A stretch of DNA of 64,000 nt from the human T2T-CHM13v2.0 reference genome, Homo sapiens: NCBI RefSeq assembly GCF_009914755.1, contig NC_060925.1; one strand, written 5' to 3'. The notes beneath the pieces were generated by a model, which did not search any database, was not told the DNA's origin, and saw only the letters and a list, made by a program, of their open reading frames with translations. This document shows, one piece after another, positions 25,445 through 38,415 of the stretch (positions are counted from its first letter, which is position 1; each line of letters opens with the position of its first letter). Position numbers and translations under genes: made by a program.

Positions 25445-26422
25445 TTATTTTATCCTTAAACTGCCTCATATGGAGAGTACTAGTGTTTTCACCATTTTAC
25501 AGGTGACAAAACTGAAGCACAGAACAGAGAGTTCCCTAGAGGAAGGGAACTGCCGATGGGGTGGAGGTAGCACGGACTAAGGAGTTGGGCAGGTCAGAGT
25601 TCAGATGTGTGTTTGGTCCCTCATCGTCTGTGTGGCCATAAACGAGTGACTCCAACTTTCTGAGCCTCAGTTTCCTCCTCTGTAAATTGAGGGAGAGAGG
25701 GATGGGATCTGATCCCAACAGGACCTGGGTGTGGCTGAAGAGGCAGGACGCCCATCTCCATCCCTGGAGCTGGAGTCAGTGCCATGTCCCTGTGATGGTG
25801 CCGGGCACATCCTGGGATGGGGTCGCCTGGAGAAGGAGGAGGGCTTCCTAGTGAGAGAGGGCTTGGCTGGGCCGCCTCTGGGAGTCTCTGGGGCACAGCG
25901 AGACCAGGGACCAGTCCCAGTGTCACTTCTGGGGCCCATGCTCCACCTGGCAGGGAGCAGCGGACACTCAATGCCAACACAGAACCTCTGTCTGCAGAGG
26001 AGACCAGACCTCCCAACGCAAAGGTCTCCTCGATTACTTTTTAATGAAACCATGCTGCGTCCAAGCTGAAATTATATTGTCAGCAGTTAATTATCACTTG
26101 TCAAACAAGAGTGTGCCCGGATTATGGGTTTAATTTCCACCTAGCTTTGCAAAAGCCTCGTTCCCCTCATTTGATGAGGCCTCTAGGAATGTGTCTGAGA
26201 GAGACACACACATTCATTGCTGGAAAGAGTATTTTTTTTAAAAACCAGTTTTTTAAATAAACAGGTTTCCTCGGTGTCTGAGTCAGGGCTCTTTGCAAGC
26301 AACAGAAAAACACTAAGAGTAGTTTAAGGAAAAAGAAAGAAGTGTGTGGAGGTTGTCATAGGTTCAGGGATGTTTGGTGGAACCCTGGGCCTGATCAGGG
26401 ACTGAAACTGGGAAAGTAGAAA

Positions 26423-26739
<317 letters not shown>

Positions 26740-27709
26740 TGGGAAAGTAAGTTTCTCAAAGTGAGTGTGGTCAAGGAGAAGAAGGCATCCATCCATGCCA
26801 CTCCCCTGCCAGGTGGTCAGAGCCACCAGGTGGAGGGCAGTGACTTGTGAGAGGGGAAACCTGGGAGAGGGGAGGTGGCCTGGGCAGAGTTGGGTGCCTT
26901 CACTTGGGGGGCCTGAGAGTCATGCAGGAGGAGGTCTTGGGAGGCAGCTGGGTGGCTCAGTGTGGAGCTGGACAAGAGTCCCTTGCAAAGACAAAATGTT
27001 GACCAATCAAGCCCAGGCCTCACTCCTCCAATCAAATGAACATGGGGGTGCCATTTCTGGCTTGCGCAAAGGGAAAGCCACAGCGTCCTAATCTCCCTGT
27101 GCACCTGCAGGGAGGCTTTCTTGGTTGTACCCTGGTGGCAGTGGCTGCATCCCAGGCTATGGAGACAAAGGTCAGGGAGTCCCTGATGATGAGGAGGAGG
27201 CAGTGGAGGCAGTGGATGGTGATGAGGAGCCACCAGGGGAGGGGAGGCTCAGGGGGCGCTGGGCTGTCAGGGCATTCCCTGCATTCCTGGGGCCTGTGTC
27301 AGCCCAGCATGAACCCAGCTTGGAGCTCAGCAAGCAGAGGAGGGCGGCATGCTAAGTAAAGCCTCCTGGAGATGCCAGCTCCCCATCAAATTGCAAGATT
27401 CCCAGCACTGGCAATGGTGTGGGGGGGAGATGAGGCTCCCCGGCCTCATCTTGCCCTTCCTGGAACACTCTGGAGCAGCCGCACACCTCCACAAGGGCAG
27501 GGCCAGGTGGGAATCCCAAGCCAACCCTCATTAGCTGGGGGCAGCTGGGCACGGCAACGAGCCAGGCCAGGCCAAGCCTGTGAGCTCAGGTGAAACACAA
27601 GGGTGTCCCTAGAACCAGCTTCCTTGGGCTGCCTTGAGAAATAATGAGACAGTCCCTTGTTTAGGACAGCATCTTACCCGTAGGACATCGTCAGGGCTGA
27701 AGTCACTTG

Positions 27710-28465
27710 CTTTCTCAGCAAATAGGCATTGGGCATTTACTGTGGGCATTCGCTGTCCTAGGCAGTGGGAGAAAGCTCAGAACCAAACAAAGCCCCTGTG
27801 TGGGGAGCTCAGGTCTAGAAGGAGACAGACACGGAGCATCAGACGGGGGCTGCAGGGTGCATAAGAGCTTCGGAGGGAAAGGAAGCAGGAGAGGGGCAGG
27901 TGATGGGTCACACTTGTAAATAGTTGGTTACGGAGATGCCAGCTCCCCACCAAAGTAGCAAGATTCCTAGCACTGTCAATGGTGTGGGGAGAAGGTTAGG
28001 GAGGGCTCTCAGAGCAGGTGACACTGGGACAAGAACCTGAGGAGGAAAGTGAGGGAGTGGGTAGACATGGGAGAGGTTCCAGCTGAGGAAAGCACAGGGA
28101 CGGAGGCTGGAGGCAGGAACTGTGAGGACCACGGGTCCAGGAAGGAGCAGAGGGGGCTATAGGGGAGCAGAAGGAGGGGGTGAGATGGGCCAAGTGGGGG
28201 TGAAGCTGGGGACTGTTGGGCCGGGGCCACTGTCAGCTTGGATGTACCCAGTGAGGCAGGAGCCTGGGGTGTCCAGAGCAGAGCAGAGAGGGCTCCACCT
28301 TGAGTCTCACAGGGTCACAGGGGCTGCTGTGCGGGGAGTGAGTAGAGCCAGGGACCCATCAGGAGGCTACTGCACCAGTCCAAGCATGATGACCTTGGGA
28401 TCTGGGTGGGAGCCTGGAGAGGGAGAGAAGATTGGACCTGGATTTACATTAAGATCAAGCTAATG
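27710..28465 (-). mobile_element. L2 LINE remnant carrying a ~60-bp foreign insert
   Basis: agaaccaaacaaagcccctg...gagctcaggtctag...agggagggctctcagagcaggtgacact...ggaggctactgcaccagtcca. Confidence 0.75.
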
Positions 28466-29129
28466 GGACATAAGGGTTATTCGCTCCATAAATATTAGGC
28501 ATCATTAGTTTTTAAAACTTTGTAATATTCCACTCATCATCTCCTTATAGCAGGCTATTTTAAACTTTGTTGTTTCCAAGAGATTTGTTTGTTATTGCAT
28601 CATGTTCTAACCTATCTAGACAGTCACACCCATTTGAAAGCAGTTATGAAAATATGTACTTGTATATGAATAGAAAAAGAAATGAAGAAAGGTATTAATA
28701 TGTAAAAACTACTATCTCCGGAAGGCAAGATACCAGATGAATTATATACTCTCTTGTATAAACGCCTGCACTTGCCAAATGCTTCACAGTGAGGATGCAT
28801 GGTTATGTTAAGGGGAAAGATCAATGTCATTAACACCTGGGCCCTGGCCGAGGCCATCCTCATCCCAGGCTGCATTTTTCTCTCCTTCTTCTCAGGCTCC
28901 TGGTCCATTAGCACCTGTCCCCCGCAATTATCCTTTTATTACTGATCATTTTGTTCTCTGTCTGCCCTGCATAATTTAGCACAGTTATATACTGCCTTGT
29001 TGCCAAACGTTTAATTTAATGTCTCTTGGCCTCAATTTCTTCATCTCAAAGTGCAGTAGTGGCAAAAAGGGAGAACTTTAGAGGCTGCTCAACACCAACG
29101 CTCCTTCAAATCCTGGAAGAATTGAAGCT

Positions 29130-31100
29130 AGCACTGTCTTGGCACTTACTGTGTGGCAGGCACAGTGCTAAGCACTTTTCATGCATTAGTTTACTTAATT
29201 ATTTCAACAACTCCATGAAGGAGACCCTGTTGTCATTCACCCCTCTCCTCTATTTTAAAGATGAAGATACCAAAGTTCAGAGATGATTAGGAATTTTCCA
29301 AGATCTCACAGCTCAGAAGTGACGGAGCCAGACTTTAAACCCAGGCAAACTGCTTCCGGGTCCCTGCTCTTCCTGCTCCGGTGAGCCTCAAGTCTTTACT
29401 ATGCCCGGACCCTGTGCCAGGGGCTTGATACATAAAGACAAGATAGGGTGTTTGCCTACAAGTAGAATAATAATAATAATAAGTATAGCAATGCCAGTTA
29501 GCATACATTGAGAGCTCTCTTTCCTGGAGTCCCCGCAGCATCCTACGCAGTAGAGACTCCCAATCTCTATGTGAAGGATGAGGATCCAAGGAACAGAGAC
29601 ACTGTGTTTTGCTCAGAGTCCCACCCACAAGTATGCACTAAAATGTCACTTGAGCCCAGGAATCTGCCTCCAGCTGATGTACCCTCGTCACATCCTCGCA
29701 ATAGCTCTAGGTGGTCAATAGTGTGTGTCCATTTATAGAGGGAAAAACCGATGGGGCTCACAGAGGTTCAGCCACTTCCCAAGTCACATGTTGAGTGAGG
29801 GCTGGAGGCTGAATGTGAACCCAAGTTAGTGGGGCCTGGGGCTCATTTTCTTCTAACTATTCCAATGGTGAGGGACCCAGAGGGGCCAGGGCCCTCCAGT
29901 TGCTGGAGGAGCTGCCCACCTGGACAGCCATGGGGCCAGAGAACCACGGTCCTGACACAACTGAACCGCAAGACTAAGAATCCTCACTGAGCTTGCTACT
30001 TGTGTTGCCACATTTACTTCTAGCCCCTACGCAATAAGGTAGATGCTACTACTATCCTCAGCTAACATATGAGGGGACTGAGCTCAGAGGGCTTAAGTGA
30101 GCTTCCCGACCTCTAACAGCAGGTAAGTGGAAGAGCCAGGGCTGGAAACCTGTGTAGGCCAAAGCCTGTGGTTTAACCAGGAGGCTATACTGCCTTCCTC
30201 CCCTGTGCCCAGGGCTTGGAGACCATTAACCGGAACCAAGTCACCAGGGTGACTGGTGGCAGTCTCTCTAGCAAGTGTTTGTCCTAAATCCGGTAGGAAT
30301 CTGTCACCTAGCATGATTGTTTTAATTCCCAGGAAGACTGGGCAGGCCAGCGATGGGTCAGGTCTTCATGGGACCCACAGCAGTGACAGCTGAGCCCCTC
30401 CCCCGCAGCAGGTCTGGGTTGTGGGTCGTGTGTCCCCCTTGGTGCCCAAGCTCACATTACGGTGCTGGTGAGGAGTCTCAAGCAGTTATTAAACTCTGGT
30501 GTGCCTACCAGTGTATAATTGTGGACATGGGTTTTGCATATTTTGATAAATATACAAATGTGAAATGTGTTGTCCATCACTAGCATATGCTTATGTTCCA
30601 TGTTAAATGTATCTAATGTGTATTTCCCCAAAGAATGAAAGTTGCCAATTCATGACCAAGACACAGTGACACTATTGATTACACAGAATATGTTTATTCA
30701 TCAACTTGGAGGAGGGCAGCCAGGATGGTGACCAATATCCCCACATCACAGGCAGGTCTGCGGCCCTGGAGCTCCAGGAGCAACAGACAACAGGGTTGGG
30801 ACAGTGACTGGCCCAGCCACTGGCCTGGACCCAGGGTGGGAAGGGGTCATCTGGGCACCTGCCTGTGCCAGCTCCACCCAGGGCCCTGCAGTGGGTCAGA
30901 GCACAGCAGCTGGAATCTGAGCACCCTGGAGCCCCACCTGCCCTCACTCCACCTGGGTTCCCCTTCCTGAGCCTCAGTTTCCTCTGATGTAAAATGAGGA
31001 TGAAAAGGGCTCTTTCCTCAGGTAGCTGTGAGGATTAGGTGAGCGAGTGCAAGTACAGGGTGCCCAGCACGCGTAGGAAGTGCTCGCACCTATGAACTGA
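29130..31100. mobile_element. Several MIR remnants (~29130-29380 -, ~29740-29850 -, ~30000-30190 -, ~30910-31100 +)
   Basis: For example gaggggactgagctcagagggcttaagtgagcttccc; ctgagcctcagtttcctctgatgtaaaatgagg. Confidence 0.75.
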
Positions 31101-31414
31101 TATTCCTGCTATTGTCACCCCCAGGACTGTGACAGAGAGGGCACCACGGGCCACTTTACAGATGGGCCTCATCCCCGCAATAGCTGACAGGTGTTAACAC
31201 CCCCACGAGCCCGGGCACCTGCACACACGACCCACGTCACCTGCATGACCTCCCTATGCAGCAGGTGCTGTCATGGTCCCCACTCCACAGGGGAGGAGGT
31301 TGAGTGCTTCCCAGATCACACAGCCCACAGGGGCGGAGGCTCAGAGCTGGATTTTCTTTCCCTACCCCAGACGCCACACTGCCGGGGGAAACTGTCAGCA
31401 AACACCAACAAGAA

Positions 31415-31968
31415 GGTGGTGGACACATGGGGCTGCCCCCCAGTAGACCTGCCCCTCCTCCTTCACTCACAGAACCCTGTGTTTGTTCTGCAGTCACAGG
31501 CTCAGGCCTGGGGGCCCCTCCAGCCCTGGGGTAAAGCCAAGCCAGGCACCCCATCCCCCTTCTCCAGAGATCATTTTATGGGTGAGCGTGTGGCCCAGAC
31601 TTGGCCACCAAGATATGAGGGGAAATCTGTTGGTGGAGGGAGTGCTTCTGGAAAATATTTTTTTCTGCCTCACCCTGCAAACTTCTTCTTGACTTGAAGG
31701 CTGTAGCGTGAGACATGATGTTTGGAGCTGCAGCAGTCATCTTGCAACCATGAGGCAACAAGCTAAGGACAAAAAGCCCACATAGCCAAGGATGGTAAAG
31801 ATGGAAGAGGGAAAGTGCTTGGGTCTTTGTCAACATCCCTGCGCATCTGACTAAGCTGCAACCACTTCTCTCCAGACGTGTGGCGATGCCAGAGCATTCT
31901 ACTTTCTCATCGCTTGAGCACTGTTGTTAGGTTGTCTGTTACATGTTGCCCAACGCATCCTAACTGAG
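31415..31968 (+). mobile_element. MaLR LTR, MLT1J/K-like
   Basis: tgatgtttggagctgcagcagtcatcttgcaaccatgagg...ctgttacatgttgcccaacgcatcctaactga. Confidence 0.78.
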
Positions 31969-32157
31969 GGAAGTGCCTGCTATGTGCCAAGCACACATCT
32001 GCCTCATAGGATCATAGCCATTTGTCCATACTTCATCTTCCCTTTTAGACTCTGGAATCCTAAAGGTGGAGATTATGTCTGGGTCACATCCCAGTCATCA
32101 CATGGGGATGGGACAGTGTCCCATAGTGAAACCCAATCACCATGACTTTGACAATAT

Positions 32158-32212
32158 GAAGGAAGGAAGGAAGGAAGGAAGGAAGGAAGGAAGGAAGGAA
32201 GGAAGGAAGGAA
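32158..32212. repeat. (GGAA)13 microsatellite at an L2 3' tail
   Basis: 13 perfect GGAA units at 32161-32212. Confidence 0.98.
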
Positions 32213-33293
32213 AGAGCAATTAACAAATAAATGATCATGGTGAATGTGGAAATGCTTTGTACCCTGTAAAGTACTGAGCCCAAAGGCAGGCTGAGACTCT
32301 GGCAGGGGGACACAGACACGGGATAGAAGGAGGTACAGGCGTAAGGAGCAGAGATCAGAGAAAAAGCGGCAGCTCCTCCCACCCCCACTTCAGCAGGGGT
32401 GAGGGCGCAGTTATCCTCCCAGATGCTCCTCCTGCTCACACAGACTTCAGGTCTGGAAAATCCCACCCACTCCCTCATGCCTCTTCTCCTTTACTTGTTG
32501 ACTTTGACAGCAAATCACCTCCCTTCCTTCCCTAAACAGACAGTGAAAGGCAAAGCTTTGTGCTCTGTCATTTTCCCCCTAAAAAATTGTATGAGAAACC
32601 AAATGGTTATCATTATGCCGGCTGCAATCTGTTGCATTATTTTTTAAAGGTGGAGGAGGGGTCGGTACCAGGAGAGAAAGCAGCAGGGAGAAATGGAAAG
32701 AAACTCTTTAGGGCAAATGGCTTTAAAATTTCAGCTCCAGGTCTCACAGGGAGACTGGATTAAAGGATCATTTCAAATGAATTTTGCCATCAGAGTGAGA
32801 GATCTGTCCTCCCAAAATGCTCTACTTTGACAGTTGGCTTCAAGGGGCTTGACAGATTTTATTTCTCCAGCAGACAAGAGAGATCAAGGTATTAAACAAA
32901 ACATATTCCACCCTAAGAACTCTGTTACATGCTTAACTTAATGGAAGTGAGATCTTGCCAAAACTGCGAAGTCATTTTCTTCCCCCAGGAAAATTGCTTG
33001 TGGTCGGGGAGTTGGCAGGTAGTCAGGGGCAGAGGTGTAGGTGGAAGAGTTCCTGCTTGAGACCTCCTGGGTCTGCCCTCCTGCCCTCCAGGTCGCCCTG
33101 GGGAAGCCGGCAATGGAGAGTCCTGACAGTCCAGCCTCTACCTGCTCCTTCCCTCCCGGCCTTGGTTTCTCCTCTATCACGGGGGATGGTGCCCTTTCCC
33201 GTAGAAGTTGCAATTTCGCCAGATCCAGATTTCCTGTGTCATCACATTGTATCCCTGCAACCACCCTCAAGCACCAGAAAGATTCTAGGGTTG

Positions 33294-33587
<294 letters not shown>

Positions 33588-33964
33588 AAAGAATCTGGGG
33601 TTGGCCTTAGTCACCCTCCCACTCTGACCCTCAGAGTCCTCCCCTGTAAAAACAACAGACCTGATGAGATGTACCTCCTGGAGGGGCTGTAGGTTCTAGG
33701 AACCCACAGGTGAGAGGCCACAGGCAGAAAAGCACAAGGGTATGAGGACACAGATGCAGCACACACAGTAGGCCTTCAGCTGTGGCAGTGGTCCCCAGGA
33801 TGCCAGATGGGCTGGGAGGACAGCAGGGGCTTTGGAGACAATCCGGGAGGAGGTGTTCATGGCAAACAGAGGCATCCAATGAACAGTCATGCTCGTACTG
33901 TCATTGTACAGGGTGAAAACGCCACCCCTGAGACAGACACCACAGGTTCAAATCCTGGATCCAT

Positions 33965-34523
33965 TGTAACTGAGTGTCTCAGCCTTGAAATGCATTTTGA
34001 ACTTATTTTTTCCTGTCCTTCTTCATCTCAGAATGTAGCCTTGTGCTTTAGAACATTTGTTTCTTCCCTACCCACCAGGTACTCCCATGAACAGTGCTCC
34101 TTATCTCATTATGTGCTGGCTTAGAAATTCCAGGGGCTAATTTTGAAACAAACCAGGCTTGCAGATCCAGCTATGAAATCAGCTTGCTTAGTGGGCTTAC
34201 AAACAAGGAGACCACCACCAATAGGCAGAAGTCAAGATGATGCCAACTGGACCTCCAGGTGCTTGACTACTCAAGAAAGCCTTTGGAGCAAGACCTGCAG
34301 ACCTGCACCTTCCTGCACCCCTCCCACCTGTTTCCTGTACCATGTCTCCCTTCTGAAACCATCTCACTCAGCCCAGAAAGTTGGACTGGTCTTTTAAAAG
34401 CATGAGTCTGGCCATTCCCCAATTGCTAGCTTCCAATTAATAAAACTGTTTTCCTTTCGCTGCGCCTTGTTTCTCATGTTTTCAACCTCTGAATAGGGAG
34501 CAGCTGAACTTGAGCTGGTGACA
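33965..34523 (+). mobile_element. ERV1 solo LTR (MER66-like) nested in a MIR
   Basis: TG...CA termini, AATAAA at ~34439, perfect TSD CCAT (33961-33964 / 34524-34527); flanks rejoin as MIR. Confidence 0.8.
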
Positions 34524-34659
34524 CCATCGCTGACTTGCTCTGGGCCATTGGGCAGGTCCTGTTCTCTCCCTGTGCTTCAGCTTCCCCATCCGTAATCCAA
34601 GGATGATAATTATAACAGCCTTACAGGCAAGACACAGGTGATACTCACTAAGGGGTAAT

Positions 34660-35300
34660 TAAGATGGTAATGACTATGAGGATGGCAAAGATGATGACTG
34701 ACAACAGTCAGGATGATGACGATGATGACACCATGAGTATAATAATGAAAACCAAGACAATGGTGACTATGAAGATGAGGATGACAATGATGCTGAAGAC
34801 AGCAATGATGATAATTGTGTTAGGCTGTTCTTGAATTGCTATAAATCAATACCTGAGACTGGGTAATTTAGAAGGAAAAGAGATTGAATTGGCTCATGCT
34901 TCTGCAGGCTCTACAGGAAGCATAGTGCTGGCATCTGCTCAGCTTCTGGGGAGGCCTCAGGGAACTTACAGTCATGGCAGATAGTGAAGGGGGAGCAGGC
35001 ACATCACATGGCCAGAACAGGAGCAAGAGAGAGAGAAGGACCAGATCACACTTTTAAGGGACCAGATCTTGTGAGAACTCACTCACTTTGGGAGGACAGC
35101 ACCAAGAGGTGCTCTCACCATTTGTGAGAAATCCACCCCCATGATACAATCACCTCCCACCAGGCCCCACCTCCAGCCTTGGAGATTACATTTCAACATG
35201 AGATTTGGGCAGGGACACAGATCCAAACCATATCAATGATGATGAAGATTCTTCCCCCAGAAATGATGATGATGGCAGTCATAACCACACTGATAATGCC
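34660..35300. repeat. Degenerate (GAT)n tract split by an MST LTR
   Basis: gatgatgac/gatgat blocks on both sides of the LTR. Confidence 0.75.
34816..35235 (-). mobile_element. MSTA/MSTB MaLR solo LTR
   Basis: tgtgttaggctgttcttg...atccaaaccatatca; near-TSD ataat/atgat. Confidence 0.88.
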
Positions 35301-36587
35301 TGCCATTGATCAGGCACTGACTGTGCTTTGTCTCAAGCCCACGAAGGCCCAGTTTTATCATTATCCCCTCCTTGTTCCCCCTCCCCAGTGCCCATCATCT
35401 CCTATACCTGCACTCCCCCAGCCATTTCTCCACTGTCTGTCTGCGGCCCTTAGCAGACTGCATCCTGTGCTCACATCCCGTAATGCGGCCAGCAGAATGG
35501 GGGGCCTCACAACCCAAGCTCAGTTGTAATAAGCTCTGTCACCAGCATCAGGGAGAGCCAGCAGAGACCAGCCATTCCACTCCCTGCTGGGTAACCCAGG
35601 GCAAGTTCCCCTGCCTCTCCGAGGCTTCATGCCTCTGCAGTAACAGGGAGAATTCGACCCACTCTGGGGGCATTGTGAGGGGTGAACAGGATAGCCCATG
35701 TGCCTGGGACACAGTAGCACCTCTAGAAGCAGCCATTTCCCTGACACCTGACCCACTGCATAGGCCCCTGGGGAAGGACCTGGGACCCACCATGATTCAG
35801 GATTTGCAGAAATGCCTCTGGGATGTTCCCCAGTGTCAGCTTCCCCCCAGATACCGTCAGACCTTGCCTATTTTCAGAAAGGATAAAATGCATGTGACAG
35901 CTTCATCTCTAAAAAGAATCACATTGCAGTTATTGCCACAGCGACATTCAAGTCAGGTAACCTCTTGCCTATCTGCCAAGGGGGTTGTGTGTATGCAGGT
36001 GTGTACCTATGTGTCTGTGTTTATGTGTGCACATATGTGTGCAGGGCCCACATTCAAGCCCTCAAATGTGACCTTGTGGTGCTGTTACTAAGAGGTTCTT
36101 CCCATGGACTCAGGGGCACAGGGAAAGAAGGCAAGACTTTCATCTAACAGCCTCCTCTGTGTGTCCTGGTTCCCATCCACTCTGCCTCACCTGTGGAAAG
36201 AATTAGCTTTTTAAAAATAAACCTTGTGATTACCTGATAAATCACACATCACATATTTGTTGACAAAAGTGTTCATTTGTACAATGTAAATATTTAGGTA
36301 ATATCCCAGTATTTGTGATTCTATTTTAACATTTATTTATTTTCCAATTTTCTGGGAGCAACAAAACAGAGAAGAGGCCTGGGCTGCTCTGAGCTCTGTG
36401 GGGCTGGTGCTGGGCGGACACGGCCCATCATGCGGCTGGTGAGCACACAGGTGTGGAGCCTTATACGTGTGCCTGTGGACACATGTGCCTGGGGTTCTGT
36501 CTTGCTACCTTCCTGCCCCATGGAAGGAAGAGAGAAAAAAAGAAAGCAGAGAGAGAGGAAGGGAGAGAAGAAAAGGGAGGACTGGAG

Positions 36588-36701
36588 TGTTGAAGAAAAA
36601 CGTATTCAATGATACTTCTCAAAGCACTTGAGGTATACTTAATAAGTATACTTATTATACTTGCTAAAGCATGGAAAGGAAGAATTTATTCAGGGCCATG
36701 A
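36588..36701 (-). mobile_element. ERV1 LTR terminal fragment (MER31-like) with an internal palindromic insertion
   Basis: tgttgaagaaaaacgtattcaatgatactt...aaagcatggaaaggaagaatttattcagg resembles recalled MER31 end. Confidence 0.45.
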
Positions 36702-38104
36702 TGTGTCTTGCCCATGTTCCAGGCTGAGTGGCCTGGGAGGACAAGCTACTCTGCTAAGGGCCAGGTGGGCAGATACCCCCCTTCATCCTGCCCCTGACTG
36801 TTCTCACCTAGAGCTCACTTCTTCCCCTCAACCCCTGGCTTCTGTCCCTCAGCACAATGGCCTGTCCAGCCCCACATTGACCCCCAGGCAAGGAGTCTCT
36901 CCTTGGCCAGATGATTCCAGGCTCTGTCCTCTGTCAGTGGCCTGGTGTGGCCACCCACTCCCCAAGCCCTGCAGGACCTTAGTGGGCAGCACTGCGGGCA
37001 CTGCTGTGTTCACTGCTCCACGCAAGACTGGCGAAGCTGTGCCGGAACCAGGCTGTGAGCTGTTAACTTGCCAGTTACAATTGGCCTGGAGCAACAAAAC
37101 AGACCATTTCCTCTCCACCTGACCCACTTGCACAGGCCCCTGGGGTCACCCCTGTACAGGACTGGAGAGTGCCATGATGAGGTGAGGTCCTCAGGAGGCT
37201 GCAGTGTGGCACCACCTCCACCGCCCCCCACCCCGCATCTCTCTCCAAACCCACAGCTGGTTTCAGGCCTGGCAAGTCTTATGGGCCTGGGCTTGGAGTC
37301 TCCAGATCTCCCAGGAGCTCCCAGAGCAGGACAGTGGAGCCACTGGAGCCACTCCCCAGGCAGCCCTCTTTACCACTTAAGCAAAAGCAATGTTGGCTGG
37401 GCTCTGAGCCCTAGTGGGGCATTATGCTCATTTACTCACGTCATCACAGGTTCACACCCCGGGAGGCAGGCCTTCTTCACAGGAGGCAACAAGGCTCCTT
37501 CCTAGCTGGTAGCCAGGTCGCCCAAGGCAAGCCAACACTCAAGCACATTGCAGCTCATTACCCCCACAGGCTTCTCTGTAAATGTTGCCCATGTCCTATA
37601 TAAATGCTGTCATGCTCATCAAATTCTTACACTTGGCAGTGACTTTCCAGGGTCCCCTAGTCCTAACCTCTTATTTGCAGGCCAAGAAGCAGAGGCCTGG
37701 AGCAGCCCAGACTCACACCACGTGCTGCTGCCCTAGAGGCTCGTCTGCTCAGCCCAGGTGGGGCTCTGTACTCTGTGCTTCGGTGAGCCCCAGCCATGCA
37801 GAGGGATCCACGCTCTGGGGTGGCTGCTGTCCAGCAGATCTGCTGGCAGAGGAAGGTGCCAAGGGCCTACAAGGGGGAGACACACAGTTACAGGGGTGAG
37901 TTAAGGTGCTGTGAGGTGACAGAGTAACAAAGATAATAAATTATACCAGCAGCCACTGTTTGCTGAACACTCAATACATTAATTTTCTCAAGAAAATATG
38001 GAGCTTTTTGTCCAAGGTCACCTGACCAAGAAGAGAGAGAGTCAGGAACGGAACCAAAGCCACAGTCATTCCAGAGCTTAGGCTCCTAACCACTGGCTGG
38101 CATC

Positions 38105-38415
38105 AGGAGCTGCCAGCCGTATGCTGGCCCATCCCATAGATGCTGGCCACATGGAGCCGCTGAACACTTGAAGCATGGCTGGTCTGGATTGAGGTATCCT
38201 AGACGTGTGACAGGCATACCAGACTTTCAGACTCAGTCTAGAAAAATATGTAAAATATTTCATTATTTATATTTAATACTGATTTCAGATTGAAATGATA
38301 TATTGGGTTAAATAAGAGACATTTAAAAGTAAATTTCACTTATTTCTTAACTTTTTAACATTACTACAAAATTTAAACTGACACGTCCTGTTACATTTCT
38401 ATTTGACAAGGCTAA
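38105..38415. mobile_element. MER33-like hAT-Charlie DNA transposon
   Basis: ggccacatggagccgctgaacacttgaagcatggct...aaaatatgtaaaatatttcatta...gttgaaatgata-like, atttctatttgaca. Confidence 0.75.

Noticed and set aside
27125-27355. Acidic DDEEEAVEAVDGDEE ORF
   Set aside because: Short purine-rich low-complexity tract with no exon context
35372-36091. Longest ORF (239 aa)
   Set aside because: Non-ATG start, crosses MIR and TG-rich sequence, no recognisable domain; expected by chance in GC-rich DNA
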